In this document: one piece after another, positions 38,406 through 48,172 of the stretch | How the letters are laid out: every line of letters begins with the position of its first letter | Numbering within the stretch: the first letter of the stretch is position 1 | Origin: an uncultured Clostridium sp. | Lineage (GTDB): Bacteria; Bacillota_I; Bacilli_A; RF39; UBA660 | Assembly: GCA_964612605.1 (NCBI GenBank) | Contig: CAZTEJ010000001.1 | Span: forward strand, 1 to 56,646 | Length of the DNA: 56,646 bases | Direction of reading: 5' to 3' | The notes under the pieces: model-generated | Database searches by the model: none | Seen by the model: only the letters and a program-made list of their open reading frames with translations | Told to the model about the DNA's origin: nothing | Program-made: the position numbers and the translations under genes

Positions 38406-38984
38406 CTACATAGTTGGAGTCAATAACTTATCTAAATATGACTCTGCTTCTGTTAATGAAGTAAAAGTTTTATGTTTCTCCCAGTCTCCTTCTACAAGAC
38501 CATTAAACTCTTTTTCTAATCTCATAACTTTTGCTTCTAATGTTGAAGTATTAAATTCTACATTTGCACCTTTTGTTTTGTTATCAGATGTAATTTTTGT
38601 GAATTTAATTCTTGGGAAAAACTCTACTTTGTATTTTCTTTCCCCATTATATACTTTTGGAATAATATGACCATAAGCCATTTCTGGACTTATATCATCA
38701 ATATTTGATGTTATTTCATTATCTTCGCCTTTTTTGTTTCCAAGCATTGTTGCAACAAATTCATCTTCATCATCAGCAATTGTTAAACTTAATATTCCAT
38801 CAATAAAAGAGTAATCGCCTTCTGCCAAACTATCATTTGCATATAGTTCTGCATTTGCATAATTTGGTGTAAACTTTTCATCAACAACTTTTTCAAACAT
38901 TGGTACTGCGTTTTTTTCTAATGTTTTAAGTTTATCCCCATCATGTAAATTATATTTTGCTTTTTTAAATCCTATTCTAGCCAT
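38406..38984 (-). CDS. Major tail protein
   Basis: 192 aa, in the canonical position before the chaperone and tape measure genes. MARIGFKKAKY N-terminus typical of phi13-type major tail proteins. Confidence 0.75.
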   Translation of the reverse strand: MARIGFKKAKYNLHDGDKLKTLEKNAVPMFEKVVDEKFTPNYANAELYANDSLAEGDYSFIDGILSLTIADDEDEFVATMLGNKKGEDNEITSNIDDISPEMAYGHIIPKVYNGERKYKVEFFPRIKFTKITSDNKTKGANVEFNTSTLEAKVMRLEKEFNGLVEGDWEKHKTFTSLTEAESYLDKLLTPTM

Positions 38985-39330
38985 TTTCTATATTCCTCTC
39001 TTTCTCGAATGTGCAGGTTTTATGGTATAAATGTGTATCATTTTCTTTTATTTCAATACTATCTTCTACCCATACCCACTCATTGGCTTTCATAATTTCT
39101 TTTATTTTTTCAATTATTCTCAAATAATTTGTGTCACTATAAATATCAAAATCAATTTGAACTACACTAAAAAGTACCTCATCATTTGCCGTTAAGGATG
39201 GTGTTTCATCTATAATTGTCCATATGACATATGTATTGCTTGAACCTTTATATTCAAGATGCGAGAATGGTATTTTTCTTTTGTCTATTTCTATAAAATC
39301 GCCAAACAAATTCCTTATTTCATTATGCAT
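38977..39330 (-). CDS. Tail completion / head-tail joining protein (by position)
   Basis: 117-aa ORF overlapping the major tail gene start, in the head-tail joining block. Confidence 0.5.
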   Translation of the reverse strand: MHNEIRNLFGDFIEIDKRKIPFSHLEYKGSSNTYVIWTIIDETPSLTANDEVLFSVVQIDFDIYSDTNYLRIIEKIKEIMKANEWVWVEDSIEIKENDTHLYHKTCTFEKERNIENG

Positions 39331-39334
39331 AAAA

Positions 39335-39751
39335 TCACTCTCCTTTAATGTAATTATTTTGCACTTTTTTCATTGCTTCTTCAATTTCCTGCTTTTTAAA
39401 TGATTTTCTAAAATAAGATATTTTTTTCTCACCACTACTAGTTCCATATTCACGAGCCATAGCAACTAATGGTGCAGGATGTTTCTTTTCATTTTTATCT
39501 AAATAACCGTAAAAATAAACTTTATTATTTATACCATCATCAGATGGTGTATTATAAGTTTTAGATATAAATAAACATTCTTTTAGTCTATCAGTTGATT
39601 TAAATGCTTTATTAAGATTGTTTATAACATTTTTATTTACAACCTCTGCACCAGCCCTTGTCATTTCTCCCATCATTTTAGGAGTAGCAATTGCTAGTTC
39701 TTCTAACTCTGCCATTAACTCATTAGGATATTCTGCATCAAAACTAGCCAT
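39335..39751 (-). CDS. HK97 gp10-like head-tail joining protein
   Basis: 138 aa. Assigned by position and size within the connector block. Confidence 0.5.
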   Translation of the reverse strand: MASFDAEYPNELMAELEELAIATPKMMGEMTRAGAEVVNKNVINNLNKAFKSTDRLKECLFISKTYNTPSDDGINNKVYFYGYLDKNEKKHPAPLVAMAREYGTSSGEKKISYFRKSFKKQEIEEAMKKVQNNYIKGE

Positions 39752-40082
39752 TTTCTTGCCTTTTTGTTATATCTGATACAGTTAATTCAAGAACCTCTGA
39801 TGTTCTTGAAAATACACGTTTTATAGCATATTTTTTATTACTATCTTCATCAATTAAAGTTTCTTCATTTAAAAAGTTTGCAGACATTATCTCAACAATT
39901 AAATCTGCATTATATCCTAATAATTTTGAATGTTCTTCTTCTTTTCGTGTAATAGATTTGAAATTTGCTGGGATATGTTCCCTTTTTTTCTCAATTGTAA
40001 TATCAAATCCTTCATCATCTGTAGTGACATCATAAGAAACTAGTGATATTGAATGATTCCAATTATTGTTCAATACTATCAC
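39744..40082 (-). CDS. Head closure / head-tail adaptor protein
   Basis: 112 aa. Overlaps both neighbours in the connector block. Confidence 0.5.
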   Translation of the reverse strand: MIVLNNNWNHSISLVSYDVTTDDEGFDITIEKKREHIPANFKSITRKEEEHSKLLGYNADLIVEIMSANFLNEETLIDEDSNKKYAIKRVFSRTSEVLELTVSDITKRQENG

Positions 40083-40377
40083 ACTCCATATAATTTTTGT
40101 TTAAAGATATTTCATCTCTAATATTAGTGTACATTTTTAAATATTCTTCTGTTTGACTTCGGTCATTACCACGATAGGCTTTAACATAATTAGTTATACA
40201 ATTTAACACTAAATCATCATATTGAGCAGTTTTGTCATCCTTTTCAAAAACATCTTTTTTTATTCCACATCTAATACAATCACGAATGCAAGCACTAATT
40301 AAAGATTTTATCTCATCATCATAAATTGAAGTTGTTATATAACATCTCTTTTTTATTATATCTACCATCAATATCAC
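40063..40377 (-). CDS. gp6-like head-tail connector protein
   Basis: 104 aa. First small ORF after the capsid region, with a helical pattern typical of gp6-like connectors. Confidence 0.5.
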   Translation of the reverse strand: MILMVDIIKKRCYITTSIYDDEIKSLISACIRDCIRCGIKKDVFEKDDKTAQYDDLVLNCITNYVKAYRGNDRSQTEEYLKMYTNIRDEISLNKNYMECDSIEQ

Positions 40378-40386
40378 TCGCTTTCA

Positions 40387-40806
40387 CTACTTTTTATTTT
40401 TATTTGATTTCTTACTTGAATTATGTTTCTCAATATTCTCATCATCTGGTGTTTGTGAGGTTTCATCATCATTACCTGTTAAATTGTTGCCCTCATCATC
40501 ATTTTCTGATTGTTCTTCATCATTTTCTGATTGTTCTTCGTCATTTTCTGCTGGATTATTGTCCTCATCATCATTTTCTGGGTTTTCATCATCATTATCT
40601 ACTTGAAAATTCCCAGTGTTCCCATTATCTGGTATTTGTGGGTTTGAGGTATTATTCAAAATTAAAGGATTAGCAGTAATTTCCACTAATCCCTTAATCT
40701 CAAGTTCTTTTGCTCTTTCAACTTTTAATTCAATAATATCATTAACATTTAATGCAATATTATTTTCGGCATTAACAAAAGGCATTAAAACTTTACATTC
40801 AATCAT
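40387..40806 (-). CDS. Head-associated protein with a highly acidic repetitive C-terminus
   Basis: 139 aa. ENDEEQSENDEEQSENDDEGNN tract. Its ATG overlaps the capsid gene stop. Confidence 0.5.
   Translation of the reverse strand: MIECKVLMPFVNAENNIALNVNDIIELKVERAKELEIKGLVEITANPLILNNTSNPQIPDNGNTGNFQVDNDDENPENDDEDNNPAENDEEQSENDEEQSENDDEGNNLTGNDDETSQTPDDENIEKHNSSKKSNKNKK
40496..40551. repeat. 21-bp tandem repeat (2.6 copies) encoding the ENDEEQS tract
   Basis: TCATCATTTTCTGATTGTTCT at 40496..40516 and 40517..40537, then a diverged partial copy. Confidence 0.8.
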
Positions 40807-41951
40807 TAAGCAACAACCTTTTTAACTCTTACAAATCCATCAAGTTTGATAGTGTTACCACCAGCCATAACACTTGCTCTATAACAAGTAATACCTTGTT
40901 TGAATTTATAGTCATCTGATTTCTTAATTTCCATATCACTAAATAATGTCACTTTATAATTCTTTAATGAACCATAAGCCATACAATCGTAATTACCTGT
41001 TGTATCACTTGTTTTACTTACTGGATGGCACTGAGAACTAATTATATATGGAATTTTATCAATTGTTTTATTTTTTGTATCAATATCATAAAATTTCTTA
41101 CCATCTTCTGTTCTTACTTTACTAAATGCTTTTAAATCTTCTTTAGATAAGATTAAAACTGCATCTTCTTCTACATCTTCTGTTCCACCATAATTGAATA
41201 TAATTTCATCTAATGTAGTGTTATCAATAGAACTAATTACAACATCTGTATTACCAGTAATTTCTTTACTATTTTTGAAAATACCCATAAATGACTTTGT
41301 ACCAGTTCCATTTAATACATATTCAACCATCTTTTTCTTTAATGCGATAGTCATATTATTTTCAACTTTTGAAACATAATCTTGTGCTGGTAGTTTTTCT
41401 GCTTCTTCTGTAATTTCAGCATAAGCAGTAACCTTTACTTTGTTGATGTCAGCATAATCAAATTCTGGTTCTGCATCAACATAATTACCTTTCTCATCAG
41501 TTTGTCCACCTTCGCCATATGACTTTACATATGCTTCTTGATAACTTTCTCCACCATCTAAATTATCAATTTTTACTTCATCAATTAAAGTAGATACCTC
41601 ATTAAAATTTTCATTAATATCTTTACTTTGATGTGTAGGTGTTAGTAAATTACTTGAAGATACAGTTATACTTCTTTTCTCTCTTAAAGCATTTGCTCTA
41701 CTTTCTACTTCTTCTACTTCTTTTTTTCTTGTTTCTTCATTATTTTGCAATTCAATTTTTCTTGCTTCAACAACTGAATTGTTAATGTCATCTGCTATTT
41801 TTCTTCTTTCTTCCATCTTTATCATTTCCTCCAATTTCTTTGTAAGACTTCTTGCTTCTTCTTCTAAGGTTTCTGTATCCTCAGTGTTATTTTCATCATT
41901 TAATTTATCAATGATTTCTTGTAATGCTTGTTTAATTTCATCAACTGTCAT
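40806..41951 (-). CDS. Major capsid protein, HK97-like
   Basis: 381 aa. N-terminal coiled-coil scaffold-like (delta) region followed by the capsid domain. Lies directly after the prohead protease. Confidence 0.85.
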   Translation of the reverse strand: MTVDEIKQALQEIIDKLNDENNTEDTETLEEEARSLTKKLEEMIKMEERRKIADDINNSVVEARKIELQNNEETRKKEVEEVESRANALREKRSITVSSSNLLTPTHQSKDINENFNEVSTLIDEVKIDNLDGGESYQEAYVKSYGEGGQTDEKGNYVDAEPEFDYADINKVKVTAYAEITEEAEKLPAQDYVSKVENNMTIALKKKMVEYVLNGTGTKSFMGIFKNSKEITGNTDVVISSIDNTTLDEIIFNYGGTEDVEEDAVLILSKEDLKAFSKVRTEDGKKFYDIDTKNKTIDKIPYIISSQCHPVSKTSDTTGNYDCMAYGSLKNYKVTLFSDMEIKKSDDYKFKQGITCYRASVMAGGNTIKLDGFVRVKKVVA

Positions 41952-41971
41952 TTTTTATTCCTCCTTTATTT

Positions 41972-42640
41972 TTAATGACTAATTAAATCTGTTTTAATTT
42001 TTAAAGCCAATGCTTTCTTTTTTCGTTCTACGATTTTCTTTTTCCTCAAAGTTTCGTTTTCCAACTTTTCCATTTCGGATTTTTCCAAATCCAAAATTGA
42101 CCTTGCTGATATAGAAGTACAGTCATATGCAGGAATATCCACTGCACTGACATCGTATAACTTCTTAATCTTTAAAACTGTCCTTGTATGTGTGTCAACA
42201 TCATAAGCACTTTCTGACACTGTATATGCATACGACATTCTGTCGATTAAGCCATTTTTAATATCACGATATAATTGCTGATGTCCTTCATCATCAGGAC
42301 ATAAAGTAGCAATTATGTGTAATCCATCTTCTTTAACCTCTAAATGCAAAGAGTCATTTCTTGTCCTTGCGAATACCCTACCTCCATGATTATAATTAAA
42401 TATAACATCACTTATATCGGCATTGCTAAAAGCACCTTTATCAACTTTTTCTTTATATTCTACACCCTCATATTCAAACAACACCGTTTCGGTATCAAAT
42501 ACACAAGCAACACCCTCGATTACTAACTGACTGGGTTGTCCGTCTTGATTTTCTTTTTCTCTTATTTCAAAACTTTTAAAATTTCTAAATTGCCAACCTT
42601 TTGATAATAATCCATTTATTTTTTCTTCACTATCTTTCAT
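41972..42640 (-). CDS. Prohead serine protease, HK97 family
   Basis: 222 aa between the portal and capsid genes. IEGVACVFD..NYNHGG pattern typical of the family. Confidence 0.8.
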   Translation of the reverse strand: MKDSEEKINGLLSKGWQFRNFKSFEIREKENQDGQPSQLVIEGVACVFDTETVLFEYEGVEYKEKVDKGAFSNADISDVIFNYNHGGRVFARTRNDSLHLEVKEDGLHIIATLCPDDEGHQQLYRDIKNGLIDRMSYAYTVSESAYDVDTHTRTVLKIKKLYDVSAVDIPAYDCTSISARSILDLEKSEMEKLENETLRKKKIVERKKKALALKIKTDLISH

Positions 42641-43820
42641 TATTTACACCTTCTTCCTCCGTTTTAATTGGAGCAGTATCTAATCTTCTAATAAATTCAT
42701 TTCCAAATTCAGTAGCACCTAAATTCATAATTTTTCTCCATTCATTAATATTCATTGCTCCTCTATCTACCATTTCTCTCAATTCAAGTTTTGTTTTCAT
42801 ACTTGAAAATTCCAATGAACTTGCTTCAAATATAATTTCATTCCCACATTCAATCTCATGTTTTGTAAAAAGTTTTTGCGTGAATTGGTCACTTAATTCC
42901 TTTGCAACAGGTTCTATTTCTGCTTCATAAAAAGCATTCCATTGGTCTTCTGTAAAATTATTTTTAATTATTTCATCAGATACACCAAAATAATTTTTTA
43001 ATCTTTTTTCATATTTTTCTATAACATCACCATTAGGAATAAAAGAATTTTCTTTAACTTGTTCTATATCATATCTAGGGTCAACTGGTGCAACTGGTGT
43101 TTCTGACTTTTCAATATCTAAATATGAATTTGTAAATGTCTTTATTTCCATTTCTTTATCCTCTGGTCTTAATGACATTTTAAATTTCATTAACCACTTG
43201 ATAACAGATGAATTTTTTATTGATTTAACAATACCTTTATCTGTTGTATCTATTACCTGCATTAAATTTGTTAATGCATTATTACCTAATGTTCCATAAA
43301 AATCATTATCATTAAAATCTTTTCTTAAATGAATTACATCACGATATGGTACAGTCATATATTTACCAGTAAGAAATCTAAATTTAACATATACCACATC
43401 TTTATATTCCAACAATTCTGCATTACTAGTTGGAATAGGAAATATGGCAATTGGTTTGAAACATAAATCTCTTTGAATAAATGCAAATGCATTATTAGAT
43501 AATTCTCTTTGAATAACAAGTTTTTCAAGTAATTTTTGCATACTCATATATTCATTTGGATATCTTAATAAATACTTTATTTGCGAATTGGAATTTATTT
43601 TTATTTCTCCATCTTTGTCTGTTCTTAAATGCAATGGTTTTAATTTGCCAATTGCTTTTTCTTTTGGTCTAATACAAGACCTTACAATATCATTGTTGTA
43701 AATATTACCATCCCACGGAACAAATGTTGAACTAGATGATGATAGCAATTTATACTGACTATAATTTTTTTTATCATCTCTTTTGCCAAATAATCTCTCA
43801 AATAATCCTCTTTTTTCCAT
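42630..43820 (-). CDS. Portal protein, HK97 family
   Basis: 396 aa immediately downstream of the large terminase gene. Confidence 0.85.
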   Translation of the reverse strand: MEKRGLFERLFGKRDDKKNYSQYKLLSSSSSTFVPWDGNIYNNDIVRSCIRPKEKAIGKLKPLHLRTDKDGEIKINSNSQIKYLLRYPNEYMSMQKLLEKLVIQRELSNNAFAFIQRDLCFKPIAIFPIPTSNAELLEYKDVVYVKFRFLTGKYMTVPYRDVIHLRKDFNDNDFYGTLGNNALTNLMQVIDTTDKGIVKSIKNSSVIKWLMKFKMSLRPEDKEMEIKTFTNSYLDIEKSETPVAPVDPRYDIEQVKENSFIPNGDVIEKYEKRLKNYFGVSDEIIKNNFTEDQWNAFYEAEIEPVAKELSDQFTQKLFTKHEIECGNEIIFEASSLEFSSMKTKLELREMVDRGAMNINEWRKIMNLGATEFGNEFIRRLDTAPIKTEEEGVNNER

Positions 43821-43833
43821 AACATCCTCCTTC

Positions 43834-45525
43834 CTAGACCATATTTAAAAATTCTTCTTTGTTTCTTTCGTAAACTACATATGCATCAATAAGCGACATA
43901 GTACCATCTATTCTTTTTCTTTTATTTTGTGGTTTAATTGGTCTTATGTTTTCATTTTCATCTTGCTTTATAACAGTATTTGATAAACACCATTTATCAA
44001 TTGGATTATTATTATATATAATCTTTTTTGATTTAAAATCTGCTTTCATATTCTTCATTGGTATTGACATTGTTTTAGCACCTTGAATAACTGCTTCCAT
44101 AGAATTTTCTCCAAATTCAGTTTTCATTTCATCAATCCAATAGGTAGAACTCCAAGGGTCATATCCACATTTATACAAATAAATACCATATTTATCTCTT
44201 AAACTTTTAAACCACTTTGTAATTTCCTTATAATCAACTTTGTTTCCCTCTGTGAGTGTTAATAAACCTCTTTCCTCCCATATACGATAAGGAACGTTAT
44301 CTCCTCCTTTTTCAGATAATTGACATCTTTCATCAAACAATGCTTCTGGTAAGAAATATTGTTGTATTACATAAATATTAGGATTGTCTCGTTGCATACA
44401 TATCATTTTAGCACTTGTTAAATCTGTTGTTGAAGATAAGTCAACACCACCAATGCCATACTTAAATCCCATATCTTCAATTTTAAATGTTGCATCATTA
44501 AATAAATCCTCCCACGATAACCAAGCATTCTCACTTGATGCCTTTAAATTAAAATCCTTTACTAATACAGTTCTTCTAAACTTATCATCAATTTTTGCTC
44601 TTTCAACATATCCTCTTAATTCTTTAAGGGATTTTATTTTTCCTAGACCAGGGTTTGCTTTTATCCAGTTTTCTTCATATAACCACTCATTTGGTTCATC
44701 AAGTTCATAAATAAAAGCAAGTACCGTTCCATCGTACTTGTATCCATTTTTCTCATATAAAATATTATCATACATCTCATATTGGTCATCATAAATAGTT
44801 TCTCTATAAAAACCATTTGTAGATGTTATCAATAATAGAGGTTGTTCTCTTGCTGACATTGATTGCTTTATAACATCATATAAATTTCTATCTTTTATTG
44901 CATGAAGTTCATCAATATTTGCAAAAGATGAATTTAATCCATCTAATGAATTAGAATCACTAGATAGTGGCTCCATAGTTGAAAATGTTGTCGGGAAATA
45001 TAAATCAGTTCTTCTTTTGGTAATATGTTTTGATAAACTTTTATTTTGCTTAACCATATTTGAAGCCTCAACAAATCCTTTTTTTGCTTGGTCTCTTTTG
45101 GTTGCAATAAAGTAAACTTCTGCACCACCTTCGCCATCAGCAATTAAAGAATATAAAGCAAGTCCTCCATTTTCAGTCGTTTTACCATTCTTTCTTCCTT
45201 CAATAGTAGCAGTTTCTCGACATCTTCGCATACCAGTTTTTTTATCAACAAAACCATAAATTGCTTGTATCCTTGCTTTTTGAAACAACTCTAATTTTAA
45301 AGGTTCGCCTATTTTACTACCTTGAGTTTGTTTGCAAAATGTTTCAATAAATTCAATAGGGTCTGTTGCTCTGTCAATATCAAATACCCAATTATTGCCA
45401 AGCATTTTAGGATTATTTAATTCATCAACTAACAATTGAAATTGTCTAATTACTTTTTTAGAAGTCCTTATCTTACCAGATGTTATTTTTTCATAGTATT
45501 CCCGTATGTAATTTCTTTTTCTCAT
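43834..45525 (-). CDS. Terminase large subunit
   Basis: 563 aa. Walker-A-like GRKNGKTT and a C-terminal nuclease-type region. 4-nt overlap with the small-subunit gene. Confidence 0.9.
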   Translation of the reverse strand: MRKRNYIREYYEKITSGKIRTSKKVIRQFQLLVDELNNPKMLGNNWVFDIDRATDPIEFIETFCKQTQGSKIGEPLKLELFQKARIQAIYGFVDKKTGMRRCRETATIEGRKNGKTTENGGLALYSLIADGEGGAEVYFIATKRDQAKKGFVEASNMVKQNKSLSKHITKRRTDLYFPTTFSTMEPLSSDSNSLDGLNSSFANIDELHAIKDRNLYDVIKQSMSAREQPLLLITSTNGFYRETIYDDQYEMYDNILYEKNGYKYDGTVLAFIYELDEPNEWLYEENWIKANPGLGKIKSLKELRGYVERAKIDDKFRRTVLVKDFNLKASSENAWLSWEDLFNDATFKIEDMGFKYGIGGVDLSSTTDLTSAKMICMQRDNPNIYVIQQYFLPEALFDERCQLSEKGGDNVPYRIWEERGLLTLTEGNKVDYKEITKWFKSLRDKYGIYLYKCGYDPWSSTYWIDEMKTEFGENSMEAVIQGAKTMSIPMKNMKADFKSKKIIYNNNPIDKWCLSNTVIKQDENENIRPIKPQNKRKRIDGTMSLIDAYVVYERNKEEFLNMV

Positions 45526-45893
45526 TTCAACTTCTTCTTATTCTTTTTCTCAAGATATAATTTTAATTCATCTTTTGGCTCATCTGGTGGTGTTCTACCA
45601 TTATTTTGAGGAAATAAAGAAGTTAGTTGTTGTATGCCCTTATTAAAATTAGAAAACATTTTATTATATGAGGTTATAGCAGGATTTTCTTTTGAGAATG
45701 ATTGACTACCATTAACTGTTTCAACGACTAAAGGCTCTTTATTAATTTTTTCAATTAAATCTTCAAGTGTAATTGACATAAAAGCAATATTATCTATCAG
45801 TTTAAGTACTGTATTAAACTCACTTTTTGGTATATCCTTAAAGATTTTCTTTAATCGTTCTATTTCTTTTTGTATCCTCTCATCTTTTGTCAT
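45522..45893 (-). CDS. Terminase small subunit (P27-like)
   Basis: Preferred start is ATG 45893 (MTKDERIQKE, 123 aa) after AAAGGAGGGTG, not the upstream track start at 45941. Sits between HNH and TerL. Confidence 0.7.
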   Translation of the reverse strand: MTKDERIQKEIERLKKIFKDIPKSEFNTVLKLIDNIAFMSITLEDLIEKINKEPLVVETVNGSQSFSKENPAITSYNKMFSNFNKGIQQLTSLFPQNNGRTPPDEPKDELKLYLEKKNKKKLK

Positions 45894-45979
45894 AATCACC
45901 CTCCTTTCAAGAAATACCCCCCTTACATATGCACATAGCACCCAGTTTTTTGTATCTGAGTGCTCGGTCTAGTCAAATA

Positions 45980-46306
45980 TTACTTTAAATACTCAATAGG
46001 GGGGCTATGTGATGGAATTAAATCACCATTTATGTCAAATTCTAATCCATCATTAACTTCATTTTCAGTCTTTCTTTTTTTATCATGACATTCCTTACAT
46101 AATAACTGTAAATTTTTTTCATTAAGTGTTATAGAAGTATCATTAATATTATCTGGTGTAATTTCTATAATATGATGCACTTGGTCTCCATACTCTCCAC
46201 ATTCTTCACAAGTATGATTCCTAGATACACATATATATTCTCTTAATTTTCGCCATTTAGTTGAATTATAAAACCATTTAGAATAGTCTTTTGCCATAAT
46301 CATCAC
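45980..46306 (-). CDS. HNH endonuclease (packaging-associated)
   Basis: 108 aa. CEECG..HHI..N..LLCKECH zinc/HNH pattern. Lies directly upstream of the terminase genes. Confidence 0.85.
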   Translation of the reverse strand: MMIMAKDYSKWFYNSTKWRKLREYICVSRNHTCEECGEYGDQVHHIIEITPDNINDTSITLNEKNLQLLCKECHDKKRKTENEVNDGLEFDINGDLIPSHSPPIEYLK

Positions 46307-46310
46307 CCAT

Positions 46311-46339
46311 CAAAAAAGACAACAATCAATGCTGTTGTC
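46311..46339 (-). terminator. Terminator hairpin immediately upstream of the HNH-terminase operon
   Basis: Minus strand reads GACAACA-GCATTGAT-TGTTGTC (7-bp stem) followed by TTTTTT. It lies only a few nt before the HNH ATG. Confidence 0.6.
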
Positions 46340-46390
46340 CTTATAGGAAACTCCTATGATATTAGTATAACACAAGTTTTTTCGGTTTTT

Positions 46391-46432
46391 TTACGTTTTT
46401 TTACTGATTTTTTACGTTTTTTTACTGATTTT
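46391..46432. repeat. Perfect 21-bp direct repeat, two copies
   Basis: TTACGTTTTTTTACTGATTTT at 46391..46411 and 46412..46432. The second copy overlaps the stop codon of ORF 46422..46874. Confidence 0.85.
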
Positions 46433-46874
46433 TTCCACCTCTATACTCTTTTTCTAACTCTGCTATGTTCTTTTTTATATCAGATAATACATCATAAATA
46501 TAACTTTTTCCGTAATTTAATTTACGAGCAATATCATTAACTTTTAAATGTTCTATATAATACATAATATAAACTTTGTCTTTCGTTTCAGTACTTTTTC
46601 GCAATTCTTCTTCATCAGACAATCTTCTTTTATTATTCATATCAACTAATTCTTTTGCTAATTCTTCTTGTGCCTCTAATTCAATTTTTTTTGCTGTCAA
46701 TGACAACATTTTATCATTTGAATTAGACCTACTACCTCCTACATTTTCTTTCATTTTAGCAGTAGTAGATAACATTGCATTAATAACATCGAACAATTTA
46801 TTTTGTATTTTGTGTAATTTATTTATGGCTTGTCGATAATTATAATATGTTTCATAATATTCTTTATAATCCAT
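46422..46874 (-). CDS. Putative late-gene transcriptional regulator (sigma region-4-like HTH)
   Basis: 150 aa. C-terminal KVNDIARKLNYGKSYIYDVLSDIKKNI helix-turn-helix. Position directly upstream of the packaging operon, as for RinA/ArpU-type activators. Confidence 0.4.
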   Translation of the reverse strand: MDYKEYYETYYNYRQAINKLHKIQNKLFDVINAMLSTTAKMKENVGGSRSNSNDKMLSLTAKKIELEAQEELAKELVDMNNKRRLSDEEELRKSTETKDKVYIMYYIEHLKVNDIARKLNYGKSYIYDVLSDIKKNIAELEKEYRGGKNQ

Positions 46875-46973
46875 CTCTAGCCTCCCATTATTATTTTTTA
46901 TTCTTGTTATGCATATAATAAATTATAATAATCGTTAAACATATGATTATAGTCTTAATAATTCCATCACTCA

Positions 46974-47834
46974 TTAATATTTAATCCTTTCTAATTTATT
47001 CTTTTTTTCTTTCATTGATGTTTTTGTATATATTGCAGTAGTATTTATATTTTTATGACCAAGAATATCTGCTAACTCATCTAAATCAATACCATTATCT
47101 TTGCAAGTTTTAGCAAAAAGATGTCTCCATGCGTGTGCATGAATTTTATTAGGATTTATTTTTGCTCTTTTGGCAATTTTTTTTAATCTTCTCCATATAG
47201 TTGAATTATTAAGCATTTTACCTTCTTTTACTGGACTTATGAAAATATAACCACTTGTAATTTTTTTATTTTTGCAATAATGCTTTAAATCACGTCTTAA
47301 TTCATTAGTCATAATTAAAATTCTTTCTTTACCTTTATTATAAGCACCTTTTATATAATTACTTTCTAAATTTTCTACTGTAAAATATTTTAATTCCTCT
47401 ATTCTAGCACCAGAATGAGCGAAAATTTGAATTATATAATACATATCCATCATGTCTAATTTTTTAGCCCATCTAAGCATTCTTTTATGTTCTTGAACTT
47501 CTATTTGTTCCTCCAAAACTGATTTTTCTTGTTCTTTAAATTGTTTGACACGATAATCAATATCATCTTTATTGCCATAGCCAATATATGATAAGAATTT
47601 ATTAATAACAACAATATATTGATTTCTTGATTTAATCGCATAATTCTTATCTAATAAATCTTTTTTAAAATTCATTATCAATAATTTATTAAACTCAATA
47701 TCATCATCACAAAACTCTATAAATTTATTAAGTGCATTTTGATATGATATCAATGTTTTATCTGCTAACTCATCTAATTGTAGTGATAAAATGAATTCTT
47801 TTACCTTTTCTTCTAATTCAGTTTTTTTCATCAT
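46974..47834 (-). CDS. Tyrosine recombinase (XerC/D-like), internal to the prophage
   Basis: 286 aa. HSGARIEEL (Arg), HAWRHLFA (H-x-x-R) and LGHKNINTTAIYT (His/Tyr) catalytic pattern. Confidence 0.85.
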   Translation of the reverse strand: MMKKTELEEKVKEFILSLQLDELADKTLISYQNALNKFIEFCDDDIEFNKLLIMNFKKDLLDKNYAIKSRNQYIVVINKFLSYIGYGNKDDIDYRVKQFKEQEKSVLEEQIEVQEHKRMLRWAKKLDMMDMYYIIQIFAHSGARIEELKYFTVENLESNYIKGAYNKGKERILIMTNELRRDLKHYCKNKKITSGYIFISPVKEGKMLNNSTIWRRLKKIAKRAKINPNKIHAHAWRHLFAKTCKDNGIDLDELADILGHKNINTTAIYTKTSMKEKKNKLERIKY

Positions 47835-47954
47835 AACACTACCTTATTTTTCCTCCTCTCTACCATATATAATCGTGCAAGATATGTATAGTATTATATT
47901 GCACCTATATAATATCGTTTTTTTCTAGTATTTATAAGGGTTTATGCATTATTT

Positions 47955-48170
47955 TTAACTTCTGATACTTTTTATGATTTCTTTATCTATATTTACAGGC
48001 AATATCATATCTTCTGTACCCCAATTTGGAACACCTTTTAATTTATATAAACAAATACCAGCAAAAGTTGTTTTAATTTCTTTTATTTTATAAATACCAT
48101 TATATTGTTTGTGTTTATTATCTACTTTTTCTGTTATAATTTGGACTGAATCTCCGATTTGATATTTCAT
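47955..48170 (-). CDS. Hypothetical phage protein
   Basis: 71-aa minus-strand ORF in the tightly tiled accessory region. Confidence 0.5.
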   Translation of the reverse strand: MKYQIGDSVQIITEKVDNKHKQYNGIYKIKEIKTTFAGICLYKLKGVPNWGTEDMILPVNIDKEIIKSIRS

Positions 48171-48172
48171 TT

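Noticed and set aside
38244-38426. Plus-strand 60-aa ORF between the chaperone and major tail genes
   Set aside because: The minus-strand 53-aa ORF 38234..38395 has an RBS, matches the orientation of the operon and ends in a terminator-like hairpin, so the plus-strand ORF is its shadow.
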